The notes beneath the pieces were generated by a model. The model searched no databases, was not told where the DNA came from, and saw only the letters and a list, made by a program, of their open reading frames with translations. Of a stretch of 64,000 bases of DNA, positions 26,610-36,460 are shown piece by piece. The DNA is from a virus (lineage: Duplodnaviria > Caudoviricetes), in the IMG/VR virus record IMGVR_UViG_3300018079_000012, positions 560 to 64,559 of that record. One strand, written 5' to 3'. Both the position numbers and the translations under genes were made by a program. Numbering within the stretch: position 1 is the stretch's first letter; the number at the start of each line of letters is the position of its first letter.

Positions 26610-26810
26610 AGGGGAGATAGCCCGTTAGGGCAATGACCTCTTCCTATTTACGGCGTCGCTGGGCAAACGTATTTCCCTTTTTCGGCGCTGTTTGTCCCCA
26701 GTCGCTCTGGGGCTTTCCTCGCGAGAGGCGCGGTTAACCTGCTTCGGCAGGCCGCGTTCGGAAGGCTTCTGCTCCGTTGTCTGCCTTAGTGAGAACGGGC
26801 TATTTTCTCT
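26610..26810 (+). ncRNA. ~200-nt multibranch structured RNA of unknown class
   Basis: 17-bp closing stem 26610-26626/26794-26810; GCGA and UUCG tetraloops; extended -10 TGGTATAGT at 26594-26602. Confidence 0.7.
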
Positions 26811-26851
26811 CCCGTACCTCCCCTGTATAATCTAAGTAGAGAGGAAGACCT

Positions 26852-27718
26852 GTGCCTATCCAAATTCCTAGCGGTACAATCCGCGATACACTTACCGCAG
26901 CCGCGACGACTAAAACTCTCCTCTGCGACTTTATCAAAGACGAAGTAGTCGCCGCCGGGTGGACGGTTGCCAGCGGGGCGTCTGGCGCCTGGGTCTTGGA
27001 CTCCGCTATCTTCAACGCGAATCAGATTAGGATCACCGTAGACAATTTGGGAACGAACTGCGCGAGAGTGCAGTGTAAGAAAGTTAACGATACCCAAGCG
27101 CAGACGAACTTCATGTTCGTGTTACCGGGCGTCGCGTGGCGCCAGATTTCGTACAACCAGCAGTTTTTCCTGTTCGTACCGGGCACCGAAGTCGCGCGAG
27201 GTAACGTTATGGTATCGGCGTTGTACACACCGAGTGATATCCTTGGAAGTCCGACACCGAACGCTATTGCCATAAGTAACGCGATCTCAGATACCGACGC
27301 GACGAATAGATTCAGTTTTCGCAGTATTCCTCACGCGGGATCGGGAGGGATGTCCGGTACTGTCTATTGTAATTACAACGGGACGTTCTGGAACGCGATT
27401 AACTCAGTTGGTATTGGATGGCCGCAGATCAGCATCCCGAGAGGCGACGGAAATAACGCAGTCGCACAGTTAGGCTGTCAGACTTACAAAGATGGATCTA
27501 AGCTCGTTACCGAACCGCTGGTCGGGTTTGGAAATACGGGGCAAGGAGACGTTGCCGAAGTCGCCGGTCAGCTATGGGGAATGTTTATCACCAGCGAAGT
27601 AAGGGCGCTAGATACCACTATAACTTTTAACGGCCGGACTTATAGGACAGTCGGAGTTTACAGCGCTGCATCGAATCCGTCGCGCGGTATCGGATCGCTT
27701 ATGGCGTTGGTCGCTTAG
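26852..27718 (+). CDS. putative virion structural protein
   Basis: 288 aa, G/N/T-rich; TATAAT and SD upstream. Confidence 0.65.
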   Translation: MPIQIPSGTIRDTLTAAATTKTLLCDFIKDEVVAAGWTVASGASGAWVLDSAIFNANQIRITVDNLGTNCARVQCKKVNDTQAQTNFMFVLPGVAWRQISYNQQFFLFVPGTEVARGNVMVSALYTPSDILGSPTPNAIAISNAISDTDATNRFSFRSIPHAGSGGMSGTVYCNYNGTFWNAINSVGIGWPQISIPRGDGNNAVAQLGCQTYKDGSKLVTEPLVGFGNTGQGDVAEVAGQLWGMFITSEVRALDTTITFNGRTYRTVGVYSAASNPSRGIGSLMALVA

Positions 27719-28363
27719 ATGTTACTGACTAAAACTACTATTCGGCAGCAGGATGTAATCGACGTCCTCGGCGTTCCTCACGCGCAAACGTACGTGGACG
27801 GCGGGATAACTGGACGCGGATCGACGATATTCATGTCCACGCGCTGCTTGATTACTTACGCTGGTATCGGAGACACAACCGGCAGCGTATTAGTACCCGT
27901 ACCGTGCGCGTGCTCAACGCCGCCTATCTTCGCCGATCCCCCGTTACCGCCGGTCTGGCCGTATCCGGTGGGAGCCGTTTATCAAAGGGAGCATTGGTCC
28001 ATGGACGTACAGATGATTCGGATTGACACTAAGGTAATCGACTTTGTCGCGTACAACGGCGACGGGACAGTGATGGACTTGACCGGAGCGACGATACGGT
28101 TCACCGCCAAATGGGATTACTTCGACGCGGACGCGGACGCAGTGATAAAACTGGACAACGCGATACTTACCGGGATTACGGTTACCGCCCCGGCAACGGC
28201 CGGTGTGGGAGTCGTGACTATTCCAAAAACCGCGACAAGTTCGCTTCCGAAACACCGGTCGGATTTAGTCTACGATATCAAAGTTAAGAAAGCGGATACT
28301 ACAGAGCATACAACAGCGCGCGGCCGATTCGTCGTTCTCCCTAACTCGACTGAGACTATCTAA
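27719..28363 (+). CDS. structural protein with BppU-N-like domain
   Basis: MDLTGATIRFTAK...VYDIKV...GRFVVLP. Confidence 0.65.
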   Translation: MLLTKTTIRQQDVIDVLGVPHAQTYVDGGITGRGSTIFMSTRCLITYAGIGDTTGSVLVPVPCACSTPPIFADPPLPPVWPYPVGAVYQREHWSMDVQMIRIDTKVIDFVAYNGDGTVMDLTGATIRFTAKWDYFDADADAVIKLDNAILTGITVTAPATAGVGVVTIPKTATSSLPKHRSDLVYDIKVKKADTTEHTTARGRFVVLPNSTETI

Positions 28364-28614
28364 CGATGGCGACTATTACTTTAACTGACGCGACACCGCT
28401 AACGGAACAAGGGATTTGCGAATCTGTTATTATGAACCCGCTGGAACCTTGGATGCGTTTGTCTCACTCCGATCCGATCTTCTTAATTACTCCGTCAAAC
28501 CCAGAGATGTCTATGGAGATTTGCGATTCATGATCATATGTGGAACGGTAGACGACTCGTATGACCCAGACGAAGTATGGGAGGCTTTGGAATCCTGGTA
28601 CACACTGAGGAACT

Positions 28615-30429
28615 ATGCTAACCAAATCTGCAATCGACAAATGGCGCCAGAACCGCTGGCGGGCGCGGACAGATCTGATCTGGTTGTGTAACGAGGTTCT
28701 GAGTTACCCCGACGTTAGCTGGAAAGTCCAAGGGCCGTTTATCAATAAACTCCAGAAGTTCCCGACGCCCGAGGACTACGAACAAGCAGAAAAGCACGAC
28801 CGGTTCGACGGGAAAAAGTGGACGTACCGGCCGCTGACTCCGATGTACGAGTTGCCCGGCGGCCGTAGAGTTCTAATCCTTGACCCTCGCTCGTTCTTGA
28901 AAACCACCTCCAACGTAATCGCGCACACGATACAATGGATTTTGAACTACCCGGACGTCACGTTATTAGTGGTTCAAGCGACTACTAAGAAAGCACACGA
29001 CTTCCTGCGCGAAGTAAAAGGCAAGTTCCAGGTAAATCCGTATCTGCGCGCGTTGTTCCCCGAGCACTGTCCAGAGGAAAAATACGCTCTGGACTGGGGG
29101 ACGCAGGCTGAATTCGTCACAGAAGCACGTACACGCGGTTATGCGCCGAAAGAAGCGACGGTTATGACCGCTTCTATTGACTCAGGAACCGCCGGTTACC
29201 ACTTTGACGTGATGAAATTCTCCGATATCGTCGAAGAGAATAACTCGCGCACGGTAGATCAGAACTTATCGGTCATCCGGTCGTTCTACGTGATGGAGAA
29301 TTTGCTAGTCCGGCCCGATAGCTGGATGGATGTCGAGGGAACTACGTATCATTACGCCGATTTGTACACGGATCTGATGGAAACAGAGACTAAAAAGGTC
29401 AAAGAAGAGAGAACCTGGTCGATTCATGTTCGCGGTTGCTACAAACGCCGAGACCCAGAGACGAAATTGGAGCAAAAAGACTTCTACCCGGAGACTTTGG
29501 ACTGGCCATATATAGTGGATGAGGAAAAACCGGCGCCGAAAGACGAGGAAAGCCCGGATTTCCGCCGCCAGTCGTGGTGGCCAGAGCGTTTTCCGACTGA
29601 GGTACTCGAATTACGTCGTCTGCACCCGATTCAGAGCGTTTTATTCTCCTCGCAGATGCTCAACAAGCCCAAAGAATCGGTACACTCGGCTTTTCCGTGG
29701 GACGCGAAGAAAGGTTACCCGAGAATCATCCCTCGCGACGTGTTTCAACGCAATGTTCGAGTCGCTTATTACGACGTGACAGTCGATACCGCCGATACAA
29801 CCGGTCCACGGTCGGATTACACCGCTATGGTCGCTGGCGGCTGGTCTGATTCCGGCGTTTTGTACATCGTCGAAATCGTCCGTGCCAGACTCGACCAAGA
29901 TCAGATGATAAACGAGATTCTGCGGCTGAATCGGAAGTACAAACCGGAACACGTGAAGATCGAGAAGACTCCTTATGTCCGAGGGATGGAACCCGCGCTT
30001 CGCAGAATCATCGATATACGCCGCGAGTACGTGCCGATAGAGTTGATCCCGCGCGATACACAGATCTCCAAAGAAGAACGGATACTGCGAACCTTGTCAC
30101 CGTGGTACAAGCGGAAGGAGATCGTTTTCGTTGACGACTGCGGACATTTGGACGAAGTACAGGAAGAAATGACGAAGTTCCCGAATAACCGGTTCGACGA
30201 TGTCCTAGACGCAATGTCCGATTTGTTTCAAGGTAAAGAATGGTTCGGCCGCGAGACCGTTCGCCGGGGTCCTCGTGGTCAGGTACCGGAGGAATGGCTG
30301 AAGTCGAAATGGCAACGGGCCGCCGAATCCGCTTGGGAACGCACGATGGGATTCGAAGACGATACGTCGATTATCCGGCCGGGTGTCCAGACGTCGCCGT
30401 ACTACCGGAACGTAACCGGTTACAGCTAG
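28615..30429 (+). CDS. terL: terminase large subunit
   Basis: PRSFLKTT (Walker A), GYHFDVMKFSDIV (Walker B), GTTYH, TVDTA...SDYT, IEK and DDVLDA nuclease motifs. Confidence 0.92.
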   Translation: MLTKSAIDKWRQNRWRARTDLIWLCNEVLSYPDVSWKVQGPFINKLQKFPTPEDYEQAEKHDRFDGKKWTYRPLTPMYELPGGRRVLILDPRSFLKTTSNVIAHTIQWILNYPDVTLLVVQATTKKAHDFLREVKGKFQVNPYLRALFPEHCPEEKYALDWGTQAEFVTEARTRGYAPKEATVMTASIDSGTAGYHFDVMKFSDIVEENNSRTVDQNLSVIRSFYVMENLLVRPDSWMDVEGTTYHYADLYTDLMETETKKVKEERTWSIHVRGCYKRRDPETKLEQKDFYPETLDWPYIVDEEKPAPKDEESPDFRRQSWWPERFPTEVLELRRLHPIQSVLFSSQMLNKPKESVHSAFPWDAKKGYPRIIPRDVFQRNVRVAYYDVTVDTADTTGPRSDYTAMVAGGWSDSGVLYIVEIVRARLDQDQMINEILRLNRKYKPEHVKIEKTPYVRGMEPALRRIIDIRREYVPIELIPRDTQISKEERILRTLSPWYKRKEIVFVDDCGHLDEVQEEMTKFPNNRFDDVLDAMSDLFQGKEWFGRETVRRGPRGQVPEEWLKSKWQRAAESAWERTMGFEDDTSIIRPGVQTSPYYRNVTGYS

Positions 30430-30455
30430 TATAATTTACTTAGGGGAAGATCTCT

Positions 30456-32768
30456 GTGCTGGAACTAGCACCGCCTAATTTACCGGAAGCGAACTTAGAA
30501 GCCGACGATATCCGAATGCTTGAGGAAGCGGTTAACGATTCTCAAGCATTAACGATGGTCAATCAGTCGTTCTACAGTTACGAGCAGTACCGGTCGAATA
30601 ATCACGATCGCCGGTGGACGAACGCAGACGGGTTGTTCACAGCCTGGGTCCCGACTAAGGTATGGGAAGGTACTAATGTTCCTAGAGCGAGTTTGCCGGT
30701 TCCATTAACGTTCTACCATATCGAAACAATGCTCCCGACCGTGCTGTCCGCGTTATTTGCGAACGGAAACGACGATTGGTTCCAAGTAGAAGCACCAGAG
30801 GACGCAGATCCCGAAGCGGCGCGCGCTCAAAAAGGCGTTCTCCGTTACGCGGTGGAAGACGCGAACGTCGAGTCCGGGAGATCGGGGAAGTCTGAGATCG
30901 GGTTGGCGGTCCAGAATATCCTTCAGTACGGGAACGGGTTCATACACTTAGAGTACAACTCGAATCTTGGAATCCCTACTCCGTCTTGGTTAGACATCCG
31001 CGACGTGTACATAGATCCAAGCTGTGCGACGCCGAATATAGACGATTCTAGAAGCATCGTGATTCGTAAAACGATACCGATTGAAGATCTGGACTCTATG
31101 CGCGGGGCGGGGGTGAAAATCCCGTCGCGGTCGATACTGGCGTATCTCTCGCGTAACGCTCCGAATACAATCGGAGACACGACTAAGCAAGTACAGGAAG
31201 CCGTTCGCGGAGTACAATACTCGCCGCCGGAGCACCGGCACTCGCCGGTTCCTAGCCAGCGAGAAGTCGAAGTTCTCATTTACTACACGAAGTCCAGAAT
31301 CATCTGGGTCATTAACCGCGTCTGGGTAGCCGTGAACCGCGACAATCCGTACGGGTTTATCCCAGTCTGCTCGGCGCCGTGTTATATTTATCCCGGACGG
31401 TTTTACGCGTTAAGCGTCCCTGACGTACTGGAAGGATATCAACGGTATATCGAGGATCTGCTGAATAAACGCTTGGACCACTTGAGTCTGACTGTCAACC
31501 CGCCTCGCGCGTTCAAACGAGGCGCGTATCTGACGCCGTCGCAGCAACGCTGGTATCCGTCGGCGACTTATCCAGTAGAAAACCCGGACACCGATATCGC
31601 GTTGTTAACTCCGCAAGGCTCGACGGACGACGTGTATCGCGATATACAGTTCATCGATATTCTCTCGGAGAAAACCGATGGTCTAAACTCTATGGCGATG
31701 GGCGTTCCTCGCGGAGGAAACGTCAACCGGACGAAAGGCGGTGTGCAAGCGCAACTAGGATCTAGCAACGACCGGACGTCTTATATCATCGATAACATCG
31801 AGCAATATATGATCGTTCCGATGTTGTACAAGATGCAGAAGATGATCCAAGTTCACTCGTCGGACGACCGTTTACTCCCAGTTAGTTCTCCGGACGGTCA
31901 AGGTACTGCTCAAGCGTCTAACTTCCAAGCGCCGGTTCGCTTCCGGATGCTCGCGGCGTCTCGCGTGCGTACGCGGCAGGAAATCGGCGCTATGTTCCCG
32001 TTTATCACTCAGTACTTATTGTCCGGACCATTTATGTCCGAGTTAGGGAAAACCGGTCAAACGGTGGACTTTGGCGAGTTGGTACAAATGATGCAGGACG
32101 CGACCGGGCTAGGACGGATGTACCGATTCGTCCGTCCGCTGACCGACGAAGAGAAACAAGCGATGCAACAGCCGCCGCCGGAAGTCCAAGCTGAGCAGCA
32201 ACGAGCGCAGCAAGACGCACAGGTCAGGTTACAGATGGGTCAGATGAAAGCGCAATCGGAAGAGAAAAAGGTCCAAGGCGCGATTCAACAGGAGATTATA
32301 AAGAAATCGCCAACCCCGCCAGACCCATCTGAGCAACAGTCGCAAATGATGAAGTTAGCGATTGAACAGCAACTCGCGCAGATCAAGATGCAGGTGGAGC
32401 AGCAGAAGTTGGAGATCATGCGGCAGAAGGCCGAAATGGACGCGGAGTCCGCGAGAATGAAGATTCAGCACGAACAAGTACTCGCGCAGTTGAAGTTAGT
32501 TAACCAACAACGCTCGGCGGAACAGGAATTCTCGCTCGAAGGTCTGCGCGGACAGATGAAAGCGCAACGAACGGCGCAGGACGTCGAGATGTCTCGGGTA
32601 CAATCGCAGAACGACCTGGCGGTGAACGCAGCGAAGTCGTCGCAAGATCTCCAGTCGTCTCGCGAGAAATCTAAGATACAGAATGAGAATCTACGGGCGT
32701 CTGGTAGAGCGAAGGCGGCGGCCGGGATGAACAAGACACGCGCGTCGGCGCGAGCTAAGAAGGAGTAG
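30456..32768 (+). CDS. portal protein (P22-like, long Gln-rich coiled-coil C-terminus)
   Basis: Position after terL; YGNG, DVYIDP, NPYGFIP, PGRFY, T.GG; Q-rich tail. Confidence 0.88.
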   Translation: MLELAPPNLPEANLEADDIRMLEEAVNDSQALTMVNQSFYSYEQYRSNNHDRRWTNADGLFTAWVPTKVWEGTNVPRASLPVPLTFYHIETMLPTVLSALFANGNDDWFQVEAPEDADPEAARAQKGVLRYAVEDANVESGRSGKSEIGLAVQNILQYGNGFIHLEYNSNLGIPTPSWLDIRDVYIDPSCATPNIDDSRSIVIRKTIPIEDLDSMRGAGVKIPSRSILAYLSRNAPNTIGDTTKQVQEAVRGVQYSPPEHRHSPVPSQREVEVLIYYTKSRIIWVINRVWVAVNRDNPYGFIPVCSAPCYIYPGRFYALSVPDVLEGYQRYIEDLLNKRLDHLSLTVNPPRAFKRGAYLTPSQQRWYPSATYPVENPDTDIALLTPQGSTDDVYRDIQFIDILSEKTDGLNSMAMGVPRGGNVNRTKGGVQAQLGSSNDRTSYIIDNIEQYMIVPMLYKMQKMIQVHSSDDRLLPVSSPDGQGTAQASNFQAPVRFRMLAASRVRTRQEIGAMFPFITQYLLSGPFMSELGKTGQTVDFGELVQMMQDATGLGRMYRFVRPLTDEEKQAMQQPPPEVQAEQQRAQQDAQVRLQMGQMKAQSEEKKVQGAIQQEIIKKSPTPPDPSEQQSQMMKLAIEQQLAQIKMQVEQQKLEIMRQKAEMDAESARMKIQHEQVLAQLKLVNQQRSAEQEFSLEGLRGQMKAQRTAQDVEMSRVQSQNDLAVNAAKSSQDLQSSREKSKIQNENLRASGRAKAAAGMNKTRASARAKKE

Positions 32769-33131
32769 TTGAGGGGACATATGAACGCACCGATTTCGGC
32801 GAAAGATCTAGGGCTGATAGCGAATCTGATTTACGATAAAGGCTATATGCTTCTGATGGATTATATGCAGTCAGTGTTAGATGGACATATGGAGCGGTTA
32901 TCCGATCCTTCGTTGTCCGCCGAGGACTCTTTGAGGCAATTGCAACACTGGCGCGCGTTACGAGAAGTTTATGCGAATTTAGTTAATCAACCGCAGTACT
33001 ACGCGCAGCAGGCCGCGATAACTCCGGACGAGGACACGACAGAAGCGCTTATGATCCGGACGAATACGGGATATCAAAGTCCACCGGCCGAGAGTCGCAT
33101 AGAGTATACTTTAGTTAAGGAGAGTGTATGA
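32769..33131 (+). CDS. hypothetical head-region protein
   Basis: Helical; lies between portal and scaffold. Confidence 0.6.
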   Translation: MRGHMNAPISAKDLGLIANLIYDKGYMLLMDYMQSVLDGHMERLSDPSLSAEDSLRQLQHWRALREVYANLVNQPQYYAQQAAITPDEDTTEALMIRTNTGYQSPPAESRIEYTLVKESV

Positions 33132-33922
33132 GCACCACACCGAACCCTTTGAACACAGTCTCAGAGGATGATTTTTACGCATATCTACGAGGGGAAGCTA
33201 AGAAAGCGTTAGACGAGGAACGAAGAGCGGCCGCCGCCGCAGACGCGAACCGAGGCGTGACGCCAGTGTTATCTGCGGTAGAACCCGATACACCAGAGCC
33301 GGTTAAGCTGAAAATCTTTGGTCAGGATCGGGAATTCAAAGACGTCGGCGAGGTTTCTGGAGCGATTGAGAAATTAGTGAACGAGTACCAAGCGGTAGTC
33401 GCTCGCGCGGCACAAGCGCCGCCGGTCGTCGAACCGACTACGGAAGAGCCGAAAGTCGATCTCGACGAATTCGTGAACCGGATTCAGAAAGACCCATCGG
33501 ACGCTATCGACTTCGCGTTCAAATCCAAATACGGCGTCGGGATGGAGTATTTGTTGAATCAAGCGCGAAGGACCGAAGAAATCGAAGGCGCGTTAGTCGC
33601 GATTCAGTTTAAGGAAATGAACGAAGATTACCAAGCGAACCCGGCGAATACTCAGATATTGAACGGGATACGAGGTAATCTAGGACTACCGTTTTCCGTC
33701 CAAGGTCTGAATGCTGCGTACGCGGTCGGTAAACAGTACGGGTATTTCCAGCCGACGGGCGCTCAGGGAAACAGAGCGCCTTCGTTACCGCCTCCGCCGC
33801 CAAGTATCAACTTTAACCGAGGCGGAAGTACACCGTCGCAGTCCGAAGATCTAATCTCTATGGTTGAGAATATGTCGGCGGATAAAGCAGCGGAGTTTGT
33901 AAATCGGATGTTCCAAAGGTAA
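33128..33922 (+). CDS. putative capsid scaffolding protein
   Basis: Acidic and helical; VKLKIFGQDREF; lies before the capsid gene. Confidence 0.65.
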   Translation: MSTTPNPLNTVSEDDFYAYLRGEAKKALDEERRAAAAADANRGVTPVLSAVEPDTPEPVKLKIFGQDREFKDVGEVSGAIEKLVNEYQAVVARAAQAPPVVEPTTEEPKVDLDEFVNRIQKDPSDAIDFAFKSKYGVGMEYLLNQARRTEEIEGALVAIQFKEMNEDYQANPANTQILNGIRGNLGLPFSVQGLNAAYAVGKQYGYFQPTGAQGNRAPSLPPPPPSINFNRGGSTPSQSEDLISMVENMSADKAAEFVNRMFQR

Positions 33923-33955
33923 TCGTACTTTGCAGATGTCCACTAATTCTTCACG

Positions 33956-34068
33956 AATACGACCCGCGCGAGACAACGAGCCTCGCGTTCCTCAAGTACT
34001 ACCCCTCCTTGGGAAAGGCGTTAATCTCCGACCTATGAGCCCCGGACTTAACGCCTTGGCGTCGTGTT
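33956..34068 (+). ncRNA. candidate four-way-junction RNA upstream of the capsid gene
   Basis: AATACGAC/GTCGTGTT closing stem enclosing GCGCGAG/CTCGCGT, TCCTCAAG/CTTGGGA and AAGGCGTTAA/TTAACGCCTT. Confidence 0.5.
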
Positions 34069-34115
34069 ATGATATTATTCAGTTAGGGAAAGAAGAAGGA
34101 ATTTAAGAGGTAAAC

Positions 34116-35117
34116 ATGTCTTATTCGCCTGCCGCAAATTTAACAACGTCCGCGACCTTACCGCATTTACAAGCTCTCGTTTACAGGAAGAAAGCTCTCG
34201 ACCGGCTTCAGAAGAAGTATGTCTTCGACATGTTCTGTATGAAGGATATTTTGGAGCGGCAGTCCGGGATGACCGTGCAGTGGTTCCGTTACTCGAACCT
34301 GACGACTATTCAGGCGCCGACGACTGAAGGCACAATCGGTACGTCGCTGTCGCCGAGTTCTCGGATCGTGCAGGCGACGATGTCGCAGTTCTCGAACTTC
34401 ATCAACTTCTCCGATTTACTCTCGGAGACCGGTATTGATCCGGTTGCGCAGTCGTACTCCGAGTTACTCGGGCAGCAAGGCGGGTTGCTGGTGGACACTG
34501 TGACCCGGAACGTTCTGGACGCGGAAGTAGCTTCGGTGACTCAGGCGTTGCTGTCCGGTACTACGATTAAATCGGCCGACGTGAAAGCGTCGCGGCATAT
34601 TTTGCAGAACGCCGACGTGAAGCCGATGGACGACGGGTATTTCTGGATGGTGATGTCGCCGTTCGTGTCGTTTGATTTCCTGAACGATCCTACGGCTGTT
34701 GGCGTCGCCGATATCTACAAGTACAACACGAACATTCCGAGTTCTCCGTTCGTGAAGCTGGAAGACCGTGGCGAAGTTATTACTTACGGTGGCGTGAAGG
34801 TGTTTGAATCGACTAACGTTAAGACTCTATCCGGGCCGAATCGGTATCACACGTACGTCGCTGGTAAGAACGGTATCGGAGCCGTGGATCTGGAAGGTCG
34901 CGGACCGACGCGCGTGAAGGACCCGACGAAGCAGCGGTTTAACGTCCGCGTCGTACCGGGCGGGCAGGACGCGCTGACTATCGCAGATCCGGAAGGCGTG
35001 ATCGGTGGAGCGGTTAGTTACAACGTCAAGTTCGCGGTCGTGATTCTGGAAGGTCCGGCGGGTATAGGTGGTTCTTACCGATTTCGCATCCTAATTCCGC
35101 AATCGACTTTAGGATGA
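34116..35117 (+). CDS. major capsid protein (N4-gp56-like)
   Basis: GMTVQWFRYSNL...TEG...QFSNFINFSD...GEVITYGGVKVFESTN...DPEG. Confidence 0.88.
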   Translation: MSYSPAANLTTSATLPHLQALVYRKKALDRLQKKYVFDMFCMKDILERQSGMTVQWFRYSNLTTIQAPTTEGTIGTSLSPSSRIVQATMSQFSNFINFSDLLSETGIDPVAQSYSELLGQQGGLLVDTVTRNVLDAEVASVTQALLSGTTIKSADVKASRHILQNADVKPMDDGYFWMVMSPFVSFDFLNDPTAVGVADIYKYNTNIPSSPFVKLEDRGEVITYGGVKVFESTNVKTLSGPNRYHTYVAGKNGIGAVDLEGRGPTRVKDPTKQRFNVRVVPGGQDALTIADPEGVIGGAVSYNVKFAVVILEGPAGIGGSYRFRILIPQSTLG

Positions 35118-35138
35118 CGCTTTGCACTTCAGAGTTTC

Positions 35139-35171
35139 AAGAGTCGGAACATTAAAACTCCGGCTCTTTTT
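35139..35171 (+). terminator. intrinsic terminator after the capsid gene
   Basis: AAGAGTCGGA-loop-TCCGGCTCTT followed by a T run. Confidence 0.7.
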
Positions 35172-35186
35172 GTATTCGGGCTTTTT

Positions 35187-35822
35187 ATGCAATCATATCC
35201 TAACCGCAGACGAGAAAAGTCTGTAGAAGCATACTACAAAAATCCTAAGTATTGTATACAGTGTAACATAATGCTGATGATACGTGGAAAGGAAAGCGTA
35301 TCGACTCGAAAAAAGCACAATTTTTGTAGTTTCGTTTGTGTTGGTACTTATACACGTGCTCGTCATGCCGGGCATGATGTACCAGACTTGGTGCCACACA
35401 TACCTACGTATAAGCGTGAAAACTTTAATATCAAACTGAATACGTCGCCATTCAAGACAAAGGGCGAGACGAAAGAACAGATCATTCGACAGCACGCTCG
35501 TAAGGTCTTTCGCGCGAAACATGGAGATAAAGCTCCCTGCGTCGCTTGTGGATACGACCGATATGTTGACGTCTGTCACGTAAAACCTATCCGTGATTTT
35601 CCAGACGACACAAAACTTTTTGAGATCAACACTAATACTAACTTAGTCGGACTCTGCCCGACTCACCACTGGGAATTCGACAATGGGATACTAGTATTAG
35701 GAGAAGACGAAATGTCGGTGCGGGGACCCGAGGTGGGAGGTCCGGTTCATGTCCGAGACTGCGCGGTGGGTCCGATTCCTACCCCCGCTACCAAACTCCT
35801 AGTTTCGGTTGAGGTTTCCTAA
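35187..35822 (+). CDS. HNH endonuclease (AT-richer insert)
   Basis: CIQC...FCSFVC; CVACGY...VCHVKP...NLVGLCPTHHWEFD. Confidence 0.85.
   Translation: MQSYPNRRREKSVEAYYKNPKYCIQCNIMLMIRGKESVSTRKKHNFCSFVCVGTYTRARHAGHDVPDLVPHIPTYKRENFNIKLNTSPFKTKGETKEQIIRQHARKVFRAKHGDKAPCVACGYDRYVDVCHVKPIRDFPDDTKLFEINTNTNLVGLCPTHHWEFDNGILVLGEDEMSVRGPEVGGPVHVRDCAVGPIPTPATKLLVSVEVS
35719..35793 (+). tRNA. divergent tRNA-Met(CAU), initiator-like or pseudo-tRNA, inside the HNH C-terminus
   Basis: TGCGGGG/CCCCGCT acceptor plus ACCA; CGG-TTCATGT-CCG; GTGGG-TCCGATT-CCTAC; 75 nt. Confidence 0.6.
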
Positions 35823-36226
35823 TGGCAATTCCACGAGTCGGACGGTTCTCCCAGGACGCGACGCTCTCGTGGACCGACTCAAGTTTATTTAACGGCTTCA
35901 TACTCGTCGGTATAGTCCCTCCTACGTCCGGCGGTACCGACTGGGCGCAGTTATCGATCAGCGATTACTACCCGCCGCAGCGCGTGCCGGTGTTCGCGCG
36001 CGTACCGATTACATTAGGAAAATACAACTCCGTCGCCGGGTTGTTCTTTACCGCAGACCTAGAACCCCCGAATACCCGATACGTCTGTTGGTTCTATGAC
36101 TCTACCGGCCGTCAAATCGCCGGTCCGTCGGCGCAGTTCCAAGTGACTACCGACCCATTCACACCACCGACCCCGACGTTGACTGTACCGTCGGTAGGAT
36201 CTGTGAATCCGACTCCGGATACATAA
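35822..36226 (+). CDS. hypothetical virion-region protein
   Basis: 134 aa, P/T-rich; SD GAGG. Confidence 0.6.
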   Translation: MAIPRVGRFSQDATLSWTDSSLFNGFILVGIVPPTSGGTDWAQLSISDYYPPQRVPVFARVPITLGKYNSVAGLFFTADLEPPNTRYVCWFYDSTGRQIAGPSAQFQVTTDPFTPPTPTLTVPSVGSVNPTPDT

Positions 36227-36460
36227 ATGACAATGACGATTCAATATGTTATTTGCTCCGGACTCGCGTTCGCCGTTTTGCAAAACTCGTTACCGGCGGA
36301 TTCGTTGTTACATCTCGCGTCGTCTTTCGGTCTCGGCGGCGTCATGTTCTATTTTTATCGCCGCGACGTTGTCGGCGTCCGCGATAACTACGAGAAAATA
36401 ATCAAGGATAATACGGAAGCGATTACAAAACTAACGACGTTGATTGAACGGAAAAGTTAA
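36227..36460 (+). CDS. holin-like small membrane protein
   Basis: Hydrophobic segments followed by coiled coil NTEAITKL. Confidence 0.55.
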   Translation: MTMTIQYVICSGLAFAVLQNSLPADSLLHLASSFGLGGVMFYFYRRDVVGVRDNYEKIIKDNTEAITKLTTLIERKS

